Source: Octopus vulgaris
Taxonomy: Eukaryota
Length of the DNA: 64,000 nt
NCBI GenBank assembly: GCA_951406725.2
Contig: OX597840.1
Location: forward strand, 7,626,001-7,690,000
Reading direction: 5' to 3'
The notes under the pieces are model-generated. The model searched no databases, was not told where the DNA came from, and saw nothing but the letters and a program-made list of their open reading frames with translations. A program made the translations under genes and the position numbers. Numbering within the stretch: the first letter of the stretch is position 1; every line of letters begins with the position of its first letter. This document shows, in pieces, positions 1-14,249 of the stretch.

Positions 1-303
1 AAAGAAGCCCATCATACATTTGTATATATATATATATATAATATATATACGTGTGTGTATGTGTGTGTGTGTATGTGTGTGTGTGTGTGTGTATGTGTGT
101 CCTCCACCATCACTTGACAACCGGTTTTGGTGTGTTTACGTCCCCGTAACTTAGCGGTTCGGCAAAAATGATCGACAGAAGTACCAGATTAAAAACATAC
201 TTGGGTCGGTTCGTTCTACTGAAAATTCAAGGCTATGCCCCAGCATGACCGCCGTGAAATGACTGAAACACGTAAATAGTGAAAGACAAATTAGGTTTGT
301 ATA

Positions 304-692
304 GGCGCAGGAGTGGCTGTGTGGTAAGTAGCTTGCTAACCAACCACATGGTTCCAGGTTCAGTCCCACTGCATGGCACCATGGCAAGTGTCTTCTGCTA
401 TAGCCCCAGGCCGACCAATGCCTTGTGAGTGGATTTGGTAGACGGAAACTGAAAGAAGCCTGTCGTATATATGTATATATATGTATGTGTGTGTATGTGT
501 TTGTGTTTGTCCCCCTAGCATTGCTTGACAACCGATGCTGGTGTGTTTACGTCCCCGTTACTTAGCGGTTCGGCAAAAGAGACCGATAGAATAAGTACTG
601 GGCTTACAAAAGAATAAGTCCCGGGGTCGAGTTGCTCGACTAAAGGCGGTGCTCCAGCATGGCCGCGGTCAAATGACTGAAACAAGTAAAAA
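304..692 (+). mobile_element. tRNA-derived SINE family A, full length
   Basis: Head GGCGCAGGAGTGGCTGTGTGG (A box)...GGTTCAGTCCC (B box), internal TA/TG microsatellite, tail GGCGGTGCTCCAGCATGGCC...GAAACAAGTAAAA. Many near-identical copies in the window. Confidence 0.9.
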
Positions 693-1034
693 ATGAAAGA
701 CAAATTACGTGTGTATATGTGCGTGTACGTGTGAGTGTATAAATCGTGTGTATATTTGAAATACGCATGTATGTATGCATATACATACATACATGCATGT
801 TTGCACTCATACATATATATATATATATATTTGTATACACACATAAAAATGCACATGTATATACATGCATACATACTCCTATATATACAAGCACGTGTAC
901 ACATATACACACATATATATATATATACGAATATATATATGTATATATAAGAAAAGAAGGCGGGTCTCCTTTCCTTGTCAATTCTTTTTTTATTTCTTTT
1001 TTAAAAAATTTGTTTTTTTTTTTCGGGTTAAATT

Positions 1035-1110
1035 TTCGGTGTCCCTTTCTACGCATGCTCTGTGGCGGCGCGCCAGTGTCGTCAGCGAGCGATTCACGTG
1101 ACTCAAATCC
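1035..1110 (+). promoter_or_regulatory. CpG-rich putative promoter element upstream of PICALM
   Basis: Local CpG/GC-rich patch (GGCGGCGCGCC) in AT-rich DNA. It has a TCACGTGAC E-box/CLEAR-like site (1094-1102) overlapping an AP-1 TGACTCA (1099-1105). Confidence 0.4.
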
Positions 1111-1529
1111 TCCTTCCTCCAGCTCCTCGTTTACATCCTCCTCCTCCAGCTCCTCATTTACCTTCTCCTCCTCCTCCTCCCCAACAGGCGCTGCTGCTGT
1201 TACAGTTTCTGCAGTTCTTACTCCTACTGCTGTCACACTAGCTTTCCTTCACCTCCTCCTCCTTCGCCTCCTCCTCCTCCTTCTCCGCTAGTCATCTTTC
1301 TCTATCTCTCTTACTCTTCCTCATTATCCTTCTCTCACTATCACTACATATCTTTTACCTTTCCCACACCCCGTCTCACTTCTTGTCTTTCTTTCGCTCT
1401 TTCTCATTCATTCACTTTTCCTTGCTTCCCTCTCGCTTTCCCTTTCTTTTCTTTTCTCTTTTCCCCATCATTTCTTTTTTTCTCTCTCTAATTTTCTTTT
1501 TCCTCCTTCTCCCTCCTTTTTATTGCTTT

Positions 1530-2395
1530 CCCTCGCTCTAGATTTCAATCTCTCGCGCACTCTCTCACTCTCTGTCTTTCATTGTCGCCGCTTTTCTCCT
1601 CGTTTCCCTCCCTGTATTTCTCTTCCTTTCACTCCTCCCTCATCCTTCTCACTCTTCCTACCCGGTTTTGTCTCTCTTCTTCTTTCTTTTACTCTATCTT
1701 TTACTCTATCTAATTTTCTCTTTCCCTCGTTCTAGATTTCAATCACTCGCGCGCTCTCCCTCGCTCTCTTACTCTCTCTCCCTCTCCCACTCTCTCTCTT
1801 TCACTGTCGCCGCTTTTCTCCTCGCTTCCCTCCCTTTATCTCTTTCCCTTTCACTCCTCCCTCATACTTCCTACTCTTCCTACCCGGTTTTGTCTCTCTT
1901 CCTCTTTCTTTCACTCTATCTTTCACTCTATCTAATTCTCTCTTTCCCTCCTTCTAGATTTCAATCACTCGCGCGCTCTCTCTCCCTCTCCCACTCTCTC
2001 TCTTTCACTGTCGTCGCTTCCCTCCCTGTATTTCTCTTTCTTTCACTCCTCCCTCATACTTCCTACTCTTCCTACCCGGTTTTTTTTCTCTCACTCTCTT
2101 TCTCTCACTCTATCTAATTCTCCCTCCCCTCTCTCTCTAATTCTCTCTCTCTGTCTCTCCCTCGGTCTAGATTTCAATCCCTCGCTCTCTTACTCTCTCT
2201 CCCTCTCCCACTCTCTCTTACTCTCTTTCACTGTCGCCGCTTTTCTCCTCGCTTCCCTCCCTCTATTTCTCTTCCTTTCACTCCTCCCTCATACTTCCTA
2301 CTCTTCCTACCCGGTTTTTTTCACTCTGCCTCTTTCTCTCATTCTATCTAATTCTCCCCTCCCTCTCTCTCTAATCCTCTGTCCCTGTCTCTCTC
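1530..2395. repeat. CT-rich tandem repeat, ~4 units of ~195-220 bp
   Basis: Anchor CTAGATTTCAATC recurs at ~1538, 1732, 1954 and 2167, each followed by TGTCGCCGC...TTCCTACCCGGTTTT. Confidence 0.85.
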
Positions 2396-2399
2396 TCCT

Positions 2400-2724
2400 T
2401 TACCGGTTAGTCCTGCTGCTGCTGCTGTTTACTCCAGCTTTCTCGCCATCTTGGAGAGAGTGTGTTGTTGTTGTTGTCAGCTTGAGACAAGAAGACGAAG
2501 CACTGACTTCTGTCTACACAATATATATATATAACAACATATATATATACACATATAGATTCGATATACACTGGCTTAAACAAAAAAGAATAATTCGCTT
2601 CAACCCCTCCCAAGATTTCCCCCCGTACACATCACATAACCACACACACATTTCTACACAGATATATACACACACACACATACATACATAGATATATACA
2701 CACATTCATACATATATACACACG

Positions 2725-2762
<38 letters not shown>

Positions 2763-3628
2763 CAATCACGTATATATATATATATATATATAGGCACACA
2801 TACTTTCGTCTGTAAATACAGAATCATATCTATATATTTATCTACATACATACATACACTTGTATCTACACATATCTATCTACACCTCTCTGTTTCCATA
2901 TATATATATATACACATATATATATATACACTCATATATACACATACGTATAATAACAAGGAACATCATCAGATCTTCAGCTGCTGCCACTGCAATCAAA
3001 GAAACAAGACAGATTTCCATGTTCTGGTCTCCTTCTACATATATTTGCCAAGGTGGACATACACCACCCACCTCAGACATCCCAGGCTCTGGACTGACCA
3101 TTTAAATTTAAGGCTCCACTCCACATCCCAGATTCTTACCCCTAACCCTTCCTTACATTTCCTAGAATCTCTGTATCTATTTCATCCCTTGATTTTCTCT
3201 CTATCCCCACCTCTCATATATATATAAATATATATATATATAAATAAATATATATATATATATTTATATACACACATAACACATATATACATTAGTTCAA
3301 CTTTGTGGTGGTGGTTAAGCTCACATCATTTTCAATGTATTTTATCCATTTTCTTCCCGAAAAAAACTATATTGCCACCAAAACCCACCATCGAATGGAA
3401 AATATATAACAGCAGCAATAACATCAACTACAATAAAATAATATAATATTGATAATATTAATAATAATAACAACATTATTATTATTATTATTATTAATAT
3501 TAACAACCTACCCTCTAGGAAACATACATCTAATTAAAGACTAGCCCCCCCTAAACGCCCTCTGAAAGCCCAAAATACATATACTTTGACAAGGAGCACC
3601 TGCCGTGGCATCTACACCAATATCCATC
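2400..3628 (+). promoter_or_regulatory. Probable TSS region / long microsatellite-containing 5'UTR of PICALM
   Basis: YY1-like CGCCATCTT at 2444-2452 follows a long pyrimidine tract; unique blocks interleaved with microsatellites lead to the ATG. Boundaries are inferred. Confidence 0.35.
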
Positions 3629-3758
3629 ATGTCGGGTCAGAGTATTATGGACCGCGTTAATGCGGCCAGACACAGCATCGCTGGTCAAGGGCTGGCCAAA
3701 TCTGTGTGTAAGGCCACCACAGAGGAAATCATGGGACCAAAGAAGAAGCATCTTGATT
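3629..3758 (+). CDS. PICALM: First coding exon of phosphatidylinositol-binding clathrin assembly protein (PICALM/AP180/LAP/unc-11 family), ANTH domain N-terminus
   Basis: ATG at 3629 translates [43 protein letters not shown], matching the remembered PICALM/SNAP91/Drosophila LAP N-terminus, including PIP2-binding K28/K38/K40/H41. It ends after 130 nt at a canonical T|GTGAGT donor (phase 1; Tyr expected next). Confidence 0.95.
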
Positions 3759-4815
3759 GTGAGTATAATATTTGGATATATAGATGTTTGTGTTTGTATA
3801 TATATATATATGTGTGTGTGTGTGTATATATATGTGTATATATATATGTATATATGTGTATATATATATGTATATATATGTACATATATATGTATAGATA
3901 TGTACATATATATGTGTATAGATATGTACATATATATGTGTATATATATATATGAATGTATATATATATGAATGTATATATATATGAATGTATATGTATG
4001 TATATATATATGTATATATATATGAATGTATATGTATATATATATGTATATATATATGAATGTATATATATATGTATATATATATGAATGTATATATATA
4101 TGTATATATATATGAATGTATATATATATGTATATATATATGAATGTATATATATATGTATATATATATGAATGTATATATATATGTATATATATATGAA
4201 TGTATATGTATATATATGTATGTATATATATATATATGGTGTCTATGTTACAACATGCCTTTAAGTGTGTTTAATGCCTATATAAATGTGATATATGGGT
4301 GCATATATGCATAAGATGTATGCATAAATATGTGAACATATATATATATATATTTTGTGTGTATATTTATTTATGGTGATATATGTTGTATGTAATGTGA
4401 TGATGTGTATATGTAGTGGCTTTACACAAATATAATGTATGTATATTTATGTATGTATGGTGTATGTATATACATGTATGATGTATGTTTATGTATGTAT
4501 GTGTATATATATAATGATGTATGTATGCATCTACATGTGATGTGTGTATATAAATGTATGTGTGCACATGTATGATCTATGCACATACACACACATGTAT
4601 ATATGATCTATGCACATATGATATAGACATGTATAATATCTGCTTGTGATGGATGTTTGTGACTAGTATATGTTTGTGTGTGTATATAGATGTATATATG
4701 TGTGTTGAATATATATGTGTGTGTGTAAGCAGATATGCAAAGGCTGCGAGTAGTATGTAGATGGATGGATGTATACTGAATTTAATATGCGTATTTGTAT
4801 GATGGGTGTATATGG

Positions 4816-4847
<32 letters not shown>

Positions 4848-4959
4848 TTGATGTGTGTGCATGTACATATGTGATGGATGCTTCTGTACATATGGTTGTA
4901 TGTATAGTGCCTGTGTATATATATATCTATATAACCATATATATATAATACACATATGC

Positions 4960-4998
<39 letters not shown>

Positions 4999-5074
4999 TC
5001 TCACGACACAAACCAAACCCGAAACCCGCCTTCCTTTTTCTTCATTTCCTGCTGAATTTGTCAGGTTTTGCAAG

Positions 5075-5107
<33 letters not shown>

Positions 5108-5556
5108 TTTCTTCCTAAACGAAGTGTGTTGTTTGTTTTTGTTTGTCCTTTCTGGATAATTTCAGAATCTCTCATTATCCTCAATTAATATAACGACTCT
5201 CATTATTATTACTATTACTAGTATTATTATTATTATTACTACTAATTAACTCAACCTACACACCAACCAATAAACCAGCCAGCTCCTTCTGTCTCCATGA
5301 GTTTCTGTTTTTTTCTCAGAAGAATTTTTCAAATCTCTCGCCTTGTGATAGTTTTTGGTGATGTGTAATATATATATATGTATATATATGTATATATATA
5401 TGGTGTCTATGTTACAACATGCTTTTAAGTGTGTTTAATGTCTATATAAATGTGATATATGGATGCATATATGCATAAGATGTATGCATAGATATGTGAA
5501 CATATATATATTGTGTGTATATGTTTGTGTGTGTATATAGATGTATATATGTGTTG

Positions 5557-5606
<50 letters not shown>

Positions 5607-6686
5607 AAGCAAATATACGAAGGCTGCGAGCAGTTCTGCCCTTGTGGCTAATTAAGAATCCATCGTCATTAATTACCCTATTAATAGTATCAATTATTAT
5701 TGTTGTTATTTGATTCCGAAGCAATCATGGTCATAATTGATTGATGATGGGCATCTTGTCATCCGTTACCCCGTGGCAAATAAAACGGTTATTATTATTA
5801 TTAATTATTATTAATTATTATTGGTAAAATGCTAAGCGGCATTTCGTCCGTCTTTACGTTCTGAGTTCAAACTCCGCCGACGTCAATTTTGCCTTTCATC
5901 TGTTTGGGGGTCGATGTAATCGACTAGCTGCTCCCTCCCACCAAATTCCAGGCTTCCTGCCTACAGTAGAAAGGATTATTATTATTATTATTAATCAGGT
6001 GTAAACTCCCTTCTCACGACCCCCAGTTGATTTCCTTTAACAATCTTCTCCTGTCACCTTATAAATTCTTGTCCTTGTGGCAAATATGATTCCACCCTCC
6101 CCTCCTCATCTTTTCTGTCATCGTTATCTCATTTCACCCTTCTTTCATTTTCCGCATCTTTTATGTACCCCCTCCTCTCACAAATTGCAAACTGTCCTTG
6201 TGATGTCCCCTTCTCTCGTCTGATACCCTTGTGACAAATAGTAAAAAAAACCAAAAAAAAAAACCGTATCGATATTATTACCAATAACGAAACCAAACCT
6301 TCCTTGGATTTTGCTCAGATATCTCTGTGTTTATGATATGTCTGATGCCTTGGCTAATGATATGTTTTAATATGATGTGATGTCTTAGTAGTGTTAATAC
6401 TCAGTGTGTCTGTGTGTGTGCATGTGTGTGTCCTTATTGCAGCCTCATCTTTCTTGGAGATTTTCTAGACATCAGTGATATCATTATGAAATAGAATGAT
6501 ATCATTATGATTATTGACGCTGGCTGGATTCGTGTTCGCCATTTGCAGCAACTTTTTGTGTGCCCCTCCCTCTTCTGTTACCCTTGTGGCAAATAAATCC
6601 TTAAATCCTTAAAAAATCCTTTAAAATGTCTTTAGCCCGAAGGCCGCGGCCATGCTGGGGCACCACCACTGAAAGGTATTTTTCGA

Positions 6687-6729
<43 letters not shown>

Positions 6730-7922
6730 GAATCGAACTCGGAATCTTGGGGTCAGTAGCCCGCGCTTTTAACCACTACGCCATGTGCCCAGGCACTGGG
6801 CCTGACATTTTGTTAGGGGGTGGGTGGGGGTAGTTGATTATATTTACCCCCAGTGTTTAACTGGTATTTTATTGAAAATATGGAAGGCTGATTTGGCCTC
6901 TGTAGAATCTCAACTGAGAACATAACATGCCAAAAGGAAGGCTGCTAAGAATTTTGTCTTATTCGTAAATGATTGTACCAGCCTAATTAATACATTATTA
7001 TTATTTAAGGTGGTTAGCTGGCAGAGTTGTTACTGCACCAGACAAAATGCTTAATGCCATTTCATCTGGTTTGAGTTCTAATGCCACTGAGGTCATCTTT
7101 GCCCTTCATCCTTCTGGGGCCGTCAAAATAAGTACCAGCTTAGCACTGGTGTCAATGTAATCACTTTGTCCCCCTCCTCGAACTTACTGGTCTTGTTCCA
7201 AAATTTTAAACCATTTTTATTATTTAAGGTGGTGAAAGGTGATGGTTTGGGTTCTAATACCACCGAGGTCATCTTTGCCCTTCATCCTTTTGGGGCCGTC
7301 AAAATAAGTACCAGCTGAGCACTGGTGTCAAGGTAATCACTTTGTCCCCTTCCGCGAACTTGCTGGTCTTGTTCCAAAATTTAAAACCATTTTTATTATT
7401 TAAGGTGGTGAAAGGTGACGAGCTGGCAGAATCATTAGCACGCCGGGCAAAATGCATAGGGGTATTTCACCCGTTGCTATGTTCGGAGGTCGACTTTGTT
7501 TTTCATCCTTTCGGGGTCGATAAACTAAGTACCAATTGAGCACTGGTACCAATGTAATTGATTTGTCTCCTCCCCCGAACTCGCTGGTCTTGTTCCAAAA
7601 TTTAAAACCATTTTTATTATTTAAGGTGGTGAGCTGGTAGAATCGTTACTGCACCAGACAAAATGCTCAATAACTTTTCTACTGGCTTTACATCCTGAGT
7701 TTCAATGCCACCGTGGTTGACTTTGTCTTTCATCCTTTTGTGGTCAATAAAATTAAGTACCAGGGGTCCATGTAATTGACTTGTCCCTTCTACCAAAATT
7801 TCTGGCCTCATGCCTATAGTAGAAATGATTATTATTGTTGCATGATATTGTCAAAAGTGATTTGTATTTTGGCATAAATCCTTCACAATTGTTATAGAGA
7901 ATAGAACAGAGAGAGCATTGTG

Positions 7923-8390
7923 TGTTGTCTTTGAGTTGAACCCTTGGTTCATGACTTGCCATGTTAAATATTCTGGGATGATTTTCCCCACCTACATGCA
8001 CTTCACTGATAGAGGCCAACAAAAGTTTCCCAAGATGGTCATCCCTCAGAATAATAGCCAAATCTCCTTCAAATCACATGTTGTCTTTGAGTTGAACCCT
8101 TGGTTAATGACTTGCCATGTTAAGTATTCTGGGATGATTTTCCCCACCTACATGCACTTCACTGATAGAGGCCAACAAAAGTTTCCCAAGATGGTCATCC
8201 CTCAGAATAATAGCCAAATCTCCTTCAAATCACATGTTGTCTTTGAGTTGAACCCTTGGTTCATGACTTGCCATGTTAAGTATTCTGGGATGATTTTCCC
8301 CACCTACATGCACTTCACTGATAGAGGCCAACAAAAGTTTCCCAAGATGGTCATCCCTCAGAATAATAGCCAAATCTCCTTTAAATCACA
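7923..8390. repeat. Tandem repeat, 3 x 156 bp, nearly identical units
   Basis: TTGTCTTTGAGTTGAACCC starts at 7925, 8081 and 8237. Confidence 0.95.
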
Positions 8391-9149
8391 TACTGTTGTT
8401 TTAGGCAGAAAGCTAGCTATTCTGAGGACAGGGGTTTAATTGATATCATTGACTCAAATATGGGACTGGTACTTCATTTTATCATCCCCAGAAGGAATCA
8501 AAAGTGGTATTGGCCTTAATGTGGATTTGTGCTTCAAGTGTAAAGAACTAGAAAGGATGCTATTAAACATTAGTTTTCCCAAATCTCTAACAATTCTACC
8601 TGCTTAGATTGCACAGGGTCAGAAATTTGGTGAGAAGGGAACAACTCATTATATTGACTCCCCAGAAGGATGAAAGGACAATGTTAACCTTGAAATTTGA
8701 ACTAGTGCTGCAAGGAATTTAAAAAATTTTTTACTAAACATTCTAATGTGACTACAGTGTATAATGTAGACCAGGACATGAAAGAAATGTGGGTTGGTCA
8801 CAGCTAAAGTGCTTTTGACCATGTATCTGCTCAGGGTGTGACCTATAGCAAGACATTTTATATCAATGACTTCTTGTTTAAGGATGAGGCCTGAACAATT
8901 GCTGATATAGATCTTGGTACATAGTTGGTACTTTACTACATTGTTCTCCCTCCAAAAATAGGAAAGGTCAAGAAGTGCTGATCTCAGCAAGATTTGAACT
9001 CAGGACATAAGAGGCCAGCTGCCCCACACTTCAATGCTTCTGCTAATCCACCAGAATAAAAATCAAATGCGTTCCTAATTAATATCCTTTCTGATTTTGA
9101 CACAGGGCTGGCAATTTTGAGGGGAGTGGGGAAGTTGATTACATTAATC

Positions 9150-9753
9150 CTATTTCTTTATTGCCCACAAGGGGCTAAACACAGAGGGGACAAACAAGGA
9201 CAGACAGACGGATTAAGTCGATGATATCGATCCCAGTATGTAACTGGTACTTATTTAATCGACCCCTAGAGGATGAAAGGTAAAGTCGACCTCGGCGGAA
9301 TTTGAACTCACAATGTAGCAGCAGCTGAAATACCTATTTCTTTACTACCCACAAGGGGCTAAACACAGAGGGGACAAACAAGGACAGACACACGGATTAA
9401 GTTGATTACATCGACTCCAGTGCGTAAGTGGTACTTATTTAATCGATCCCGAGAGGATGAAAGGTAAAGTCGACCTCGGCGGAATTTGAACTCACAACAT
9501 AGCAGCAGCCGACATACCTATTTCTTTACTACCCACAAGGGGCTAAACACAGAGGGGACAAACAAGGACAGACAGACGGATTAAGTCGATGATATCGATC
9601 CCAGTGCGTAACTGGTACTTATTTAATCGACCCCCCGAAAGGATGAAAGGCAAAGTTGACCTCGGCGGAATTTGAACTCAGAACGTAACAGCGGACGAAA
9701 TACGGCTAAGCACTTCGCCCGGCGTGCTAACGTTTCTGCCAGCTCGCCGCCTT
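9150..9753 (-). mobile_element. SINE family B (Meta-domain-like), tandem trimer
   Basis: Reverse strand reads AAGGCGGCGAGCTGGCAGAAACGTTAGCACGCCGGG...GCCTTTCATCCTTTCGGGGGTCGA...TAAAGAAATAGG, with the body repeated about three times (~185 bp). Confidence 0.85.
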
Positions 9754-10491
9754 AACCCTGAAAGGATAAAAGGCAGAGTTGACCTCAGTAGGATTTGAAC
9801 CCACAATGTAAAGCTGAAAGAAATTCTGCCAGGCATGTTAATGCTTCTGCCAACTCACTGTCTTGCATTACGAATTAATATTAATATCTTTGTTACCACA
9901 TTCCATCAGGGATTGAAATTCCATTAATGGTCAAGTTTGCCTTCCAACTAGCCATCCTGCCCTTCTAACCCCTTTAGTAACACTAACACTAGTACCTATT
10001 TCTTTATTACCCACAAGTAGCTAAACATAGAGGAGACAGACATAGGTATTAAGTCGATTACATCGACCCCAATGCTTAACTGGTACTTAATTTATCGACC
10101 CCGAAAGGACGCGAAAGGCAAAGTCGACCTCACTAGTACCAGTAATAGACGTGGGTTTAAAAGTGGGTGGGTTCATCCGATTGACTACACACACACACCC
10201 TTGTTCCACAGCACTTGAAGAAACCCTTGAAATTAGAGACCACGACGGACAGAAACCGTCATTGTGTGTGTGTGTGATATTTCGAATTAGTCTCAAGTCT
10301 AATTAATGACCGCCACTGAGCATGATGACAAACTGATGACGACAAATTAATTAGTTCCTCGTGTTGTGTGTCTTATATTTCACTCTTTGGAACAGTTTTC
10401 TTTTTTGAGAAAATATCTTCGTTTAAACTGCTTCTGTTTGGTGTCAAAGAAATGCTTTATTTGTGCGCGCCTGCCTGTTTCATATCAGTAT

Positions 10492-10547
<56 letters not shown>

Positions 10548-10866
10548 CACATGTATGTATGTGTGTCTTTCATATAAATATTTATATATGTGTGTGATTC
10601 ATGTATGTATGTATATCTATCTGTTTCACGAATTAGCGACCGAGTGATTCATTAGCTTTTCACGAGTGTATAAATTCTACATGCATTGCGTTCACTTCCT
10701 CTCGCTTGTGCACTCCAGCAGTGTATATGTGTATAATACACATCATCTGTATGTACACACACACACACACGTATGTACCTATGTATGTATATAAACCGCT
10801 TACCCTACATAACGAATACACCCCTCAATCTTTCACTGCTAAAACCAACGTGTATACGTCTGTGTG

Positions 10867-10915
<49 letters not shown>

Positions 10916-11089
10916 CATATACATACCTACATATGTATGTATATATACATGCATATATGGGTACAGGACATCAATATATATATAGTGTGATTTGCACTTT
11001 CTCGTGTTATTTCATTGTAGCCATTAATATATAGTTATTAATTGTATTTTTTAGTAATATATTATTTATTATAACAGCGAAGATTGTCT

Positions 11090-11140
<51 letters not shown>

Positions 11141-11656
11141 CAATATGTGTGTATGTGTATATTATACGTGTATGTATATATGAGTGTATGTATAATGACA
11201 AGTAGGCAATGTGTCGGCGATGTTTGAAGCCGAAAAAAAAAAATTAGGCTAGCCGGGTGTATTTAAAATATGTGTTGTCATCAGATGATTAAACATACAT
11301 TCGTGTGTATATGTATGTGTGTCATTGCGTGTGTGTGTGTTTAATGCTTTTTTCAAATCTTCCCGTGTTTTATACGTTTTCGAATGAGAATCATTTCTGA
11401 TAATATTTTAGCATGATACAATTATTTGGGAAATATGAAAACACGAATTGGGGTGGGTGGGTGGCTAAACAGGGTGTGACTTCGAAGTTACTGTGTCCCC
11501 TGTTCTTGTAAAAAAAAAAACAAAACTATAATTAATATCCTACAAAAGGAATTAGTTCGTCAATTTCATGTATGTATGTATGTATGTATGTATGTATGTA
11601 TGTATGTATGTATGTATGTATGTATGTATGTATGTATGTATGTATGTATGTATGTA

Positions 11657-11760
<104 letters not shown>

Positions 11761-11843
11761 CTTGGTGTTACGAACAGGAAGAACAGAACTCAGAACACAC
11801 ACGTATATATAATGTGCGATAAAGAAGAATGAAGTGTGTGTTC

Positions 11844-11888
<45 letters not shown>

Positions 11889-11893
<5 letters not shown>

Positions 11894-12038
11894 ATTCAAA
11901 GAGCTAAAAACCACTAGGTGGTCAGCCGTATGCTAGAAGTAGATCACCTACGGTCAAACTACGAAGAAAATGATCGTAGGTGATCTACTTCTAGCATACG
12001 GCTGACCACCTAGTGGTTTTTAGCCCTTTGAATATACA
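11889..12038. repeat. Fold-back inverted repeat, 68-bp arms, 14-nt loop
   Basis: 11889-11956 is the reverse complement of 11971-12038 with 2 differences; it sits in a segment bounded by (TA)n. Confidence 0.95.
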
Positions 12039-12146
12039 CATGTATTAGAATTTTCTCTGATTTTTCCAGATTTTTGTATGCTAGGCTACTGGTTTTAAAT
12101 TGATATTAATTAAATTAATATTCAATTTATCCCTCTCATTATATAC

Positions 12147-12200
<54 letters not shown>

Positions 12201-12749
12201 TACGTTTATATATCGACTAAACTGGCAAAATGACCATTCCGAAATATAACAATATATATATATATGCATTTGTATATAAATCAGTATATATATATATATA
12301 ATTTCCAATCGATGTTATTTTATGCGTGTAACGTATATTTTTTTTGTCATGCCTTTCATAGTTTATATATATATACACTCTCAAATCCAATGATAACCAT
12401 TCCCTGTGTTGATAAGTTCCTCCTCCTTACCATTATAGTCAACTGTGTGTATATAATATCTGGATGGATTCCGATCTGCGTCTTGGAATATATATATATA
12501 TATACATACATACCTTCGTGTGTGTGTGTGTGTATATTTGTCTATTTTTATTATTGGTGTATCTGTGTGCATATATGTATCGATGTATACTTTAAATGTA
12601 TGGACGAATGTGAATGACATATGCAATTAATTTTTTTAAATGCGTGCGTGTTATATATATATATATATATATATATACACGTACCTGTATATGTAGGTAC
12701 GTACATATATGTATGTATATATGCATATGTTTTATTTTATTATATATAT

Positions 12750-12810
<61 letters not shown>

Positions 12811-13335
12811 ATGTATATATGCATATATATATACATACGTACCTATATATGTAGGTACGTACATGTATGTATGTATGTATATATGCATATGTTTTATTTT
12901 ATTATATATACATACGTACCTATATATGTAGGTACGTACATATATGTATGTATATATGCATATGTTTTATTATATATATATATACGCACACACGCATATG
13001 TGTGTTTGTGTATATATATATATAATTGTGTGTTTTCCGTTCAATCCTCGCTTAGTCCTTGAATACAATTTAATCGGCATTCCATTTTAATCTATGATAT
13101 TTCCTTAAAATAAAGATAAAAATTATCAAAAAAACAACAAAAAAAAAAGGGAAAAAAAAAATTGCATTACGTTCTGTACTTATATTTTTAATTATCCCAT
13201 TTCTGAGCATAAATCATTTGATAATTTATTCTTCTAGGTCCCCTCTCTCTCTCCCTTCTTAAATTATTATTTAATCCCATTTTGTACTGTCAGACCTGAT
13301 TATCATCCTCATTATTATTATTATCATCATCATCA

Positions 13336-13379
<44 letters not shown>

Positions 13380-13944
13380 ATAATTATTATTATTAATTGC
13401 TCCCGTGGCTCACAAAAGAAATCATCTATTATTATTATTATTATTATTATTTTTGAGGGACGGAAGGTAAGCTTGGACGAAGCAAGATTTCTAGAATGCC
13501 TCACATTTCACACAGAATAATAATTAAAAAAAAAAAGTGCTTTTCTCTCTCTCTCTCTCTCTTTCTTTATTCTCTCTCGACCCATCTTTAATTGTCCTTT
13601 GACTGTCATTCTAATGATAATAATAACAGCGTTAATACTACTGCAGGTAACAAAAACACAACGATGATTTTCTTCCGTAATTACTATTCTGTAGGTAGGT
13701 TTTGTTAATTACCAAGGTGGCTGTTTGTACATTCTGAGATATCTAGCTAAGAGTAAGGCCTAGCAAAACGGAAAAAAAAACGGTCCCCCACCTCTTACAT
13801 AACATGATTTTGACGTCACGCCCATTCATTCACGTTTCCCTCTCTCTAAAAATGATTTTTCATTCATTCCGACCTCTCATCTCTATCATTTTCCCTTTCG
13901 TCTTGTTGCAAACATAGTATTTTAGTATATTCGTGGCAGTTGGC

Positions 13945-13988
<44 letters not shown>

Positions 13989-14249
13989 ACATAAAGCAGT
14001 TGTTTGGTTCATGGAGAAGGTTTAAAACAAACACCTTGACACTTCAATTCTCTTAGCAATCTAGTTATCGTGTTCCGACTCTGTGTGTGTCTGTGTGTGA
14101 GAGAGGTAACGCCAACAACGAAACGTTCTTTTCAACCACAAAGGTTATTAGAAGCAAGGAATCCGAAGACCCAGTGTTAGAGCACGTGACACAGTGCTAA
14201 TAATAATTTCTTTTATAATGTGCGATGCTTATAATAATAATAATAATAA

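Noticed and set aside
640-1291. Glu-rich and Ser-rich ORFs (198 aa -, 181 aa +)
   Set aside because: Products of (CCT)n and (TA)n low-complexity sequence; no recognisable domain.
3605-3955. 116-aa ORF as a complete protein
   Set aside because: Only 3629-3758 is coding; the rest reads through the splice donor into a microsatellite, and the upstream GTG start is not the conserved start.
7918-8439. 173-aa repetitive ORF
   Set aside because: An in-frame 156-bp tandem repeat; no domain or splice context.
10205-10270. Possible hammerhead (CTTGAAGA...GAAACCGTCA)
   Set aside because: The core is imperfect and stem II does not pair convincingly.
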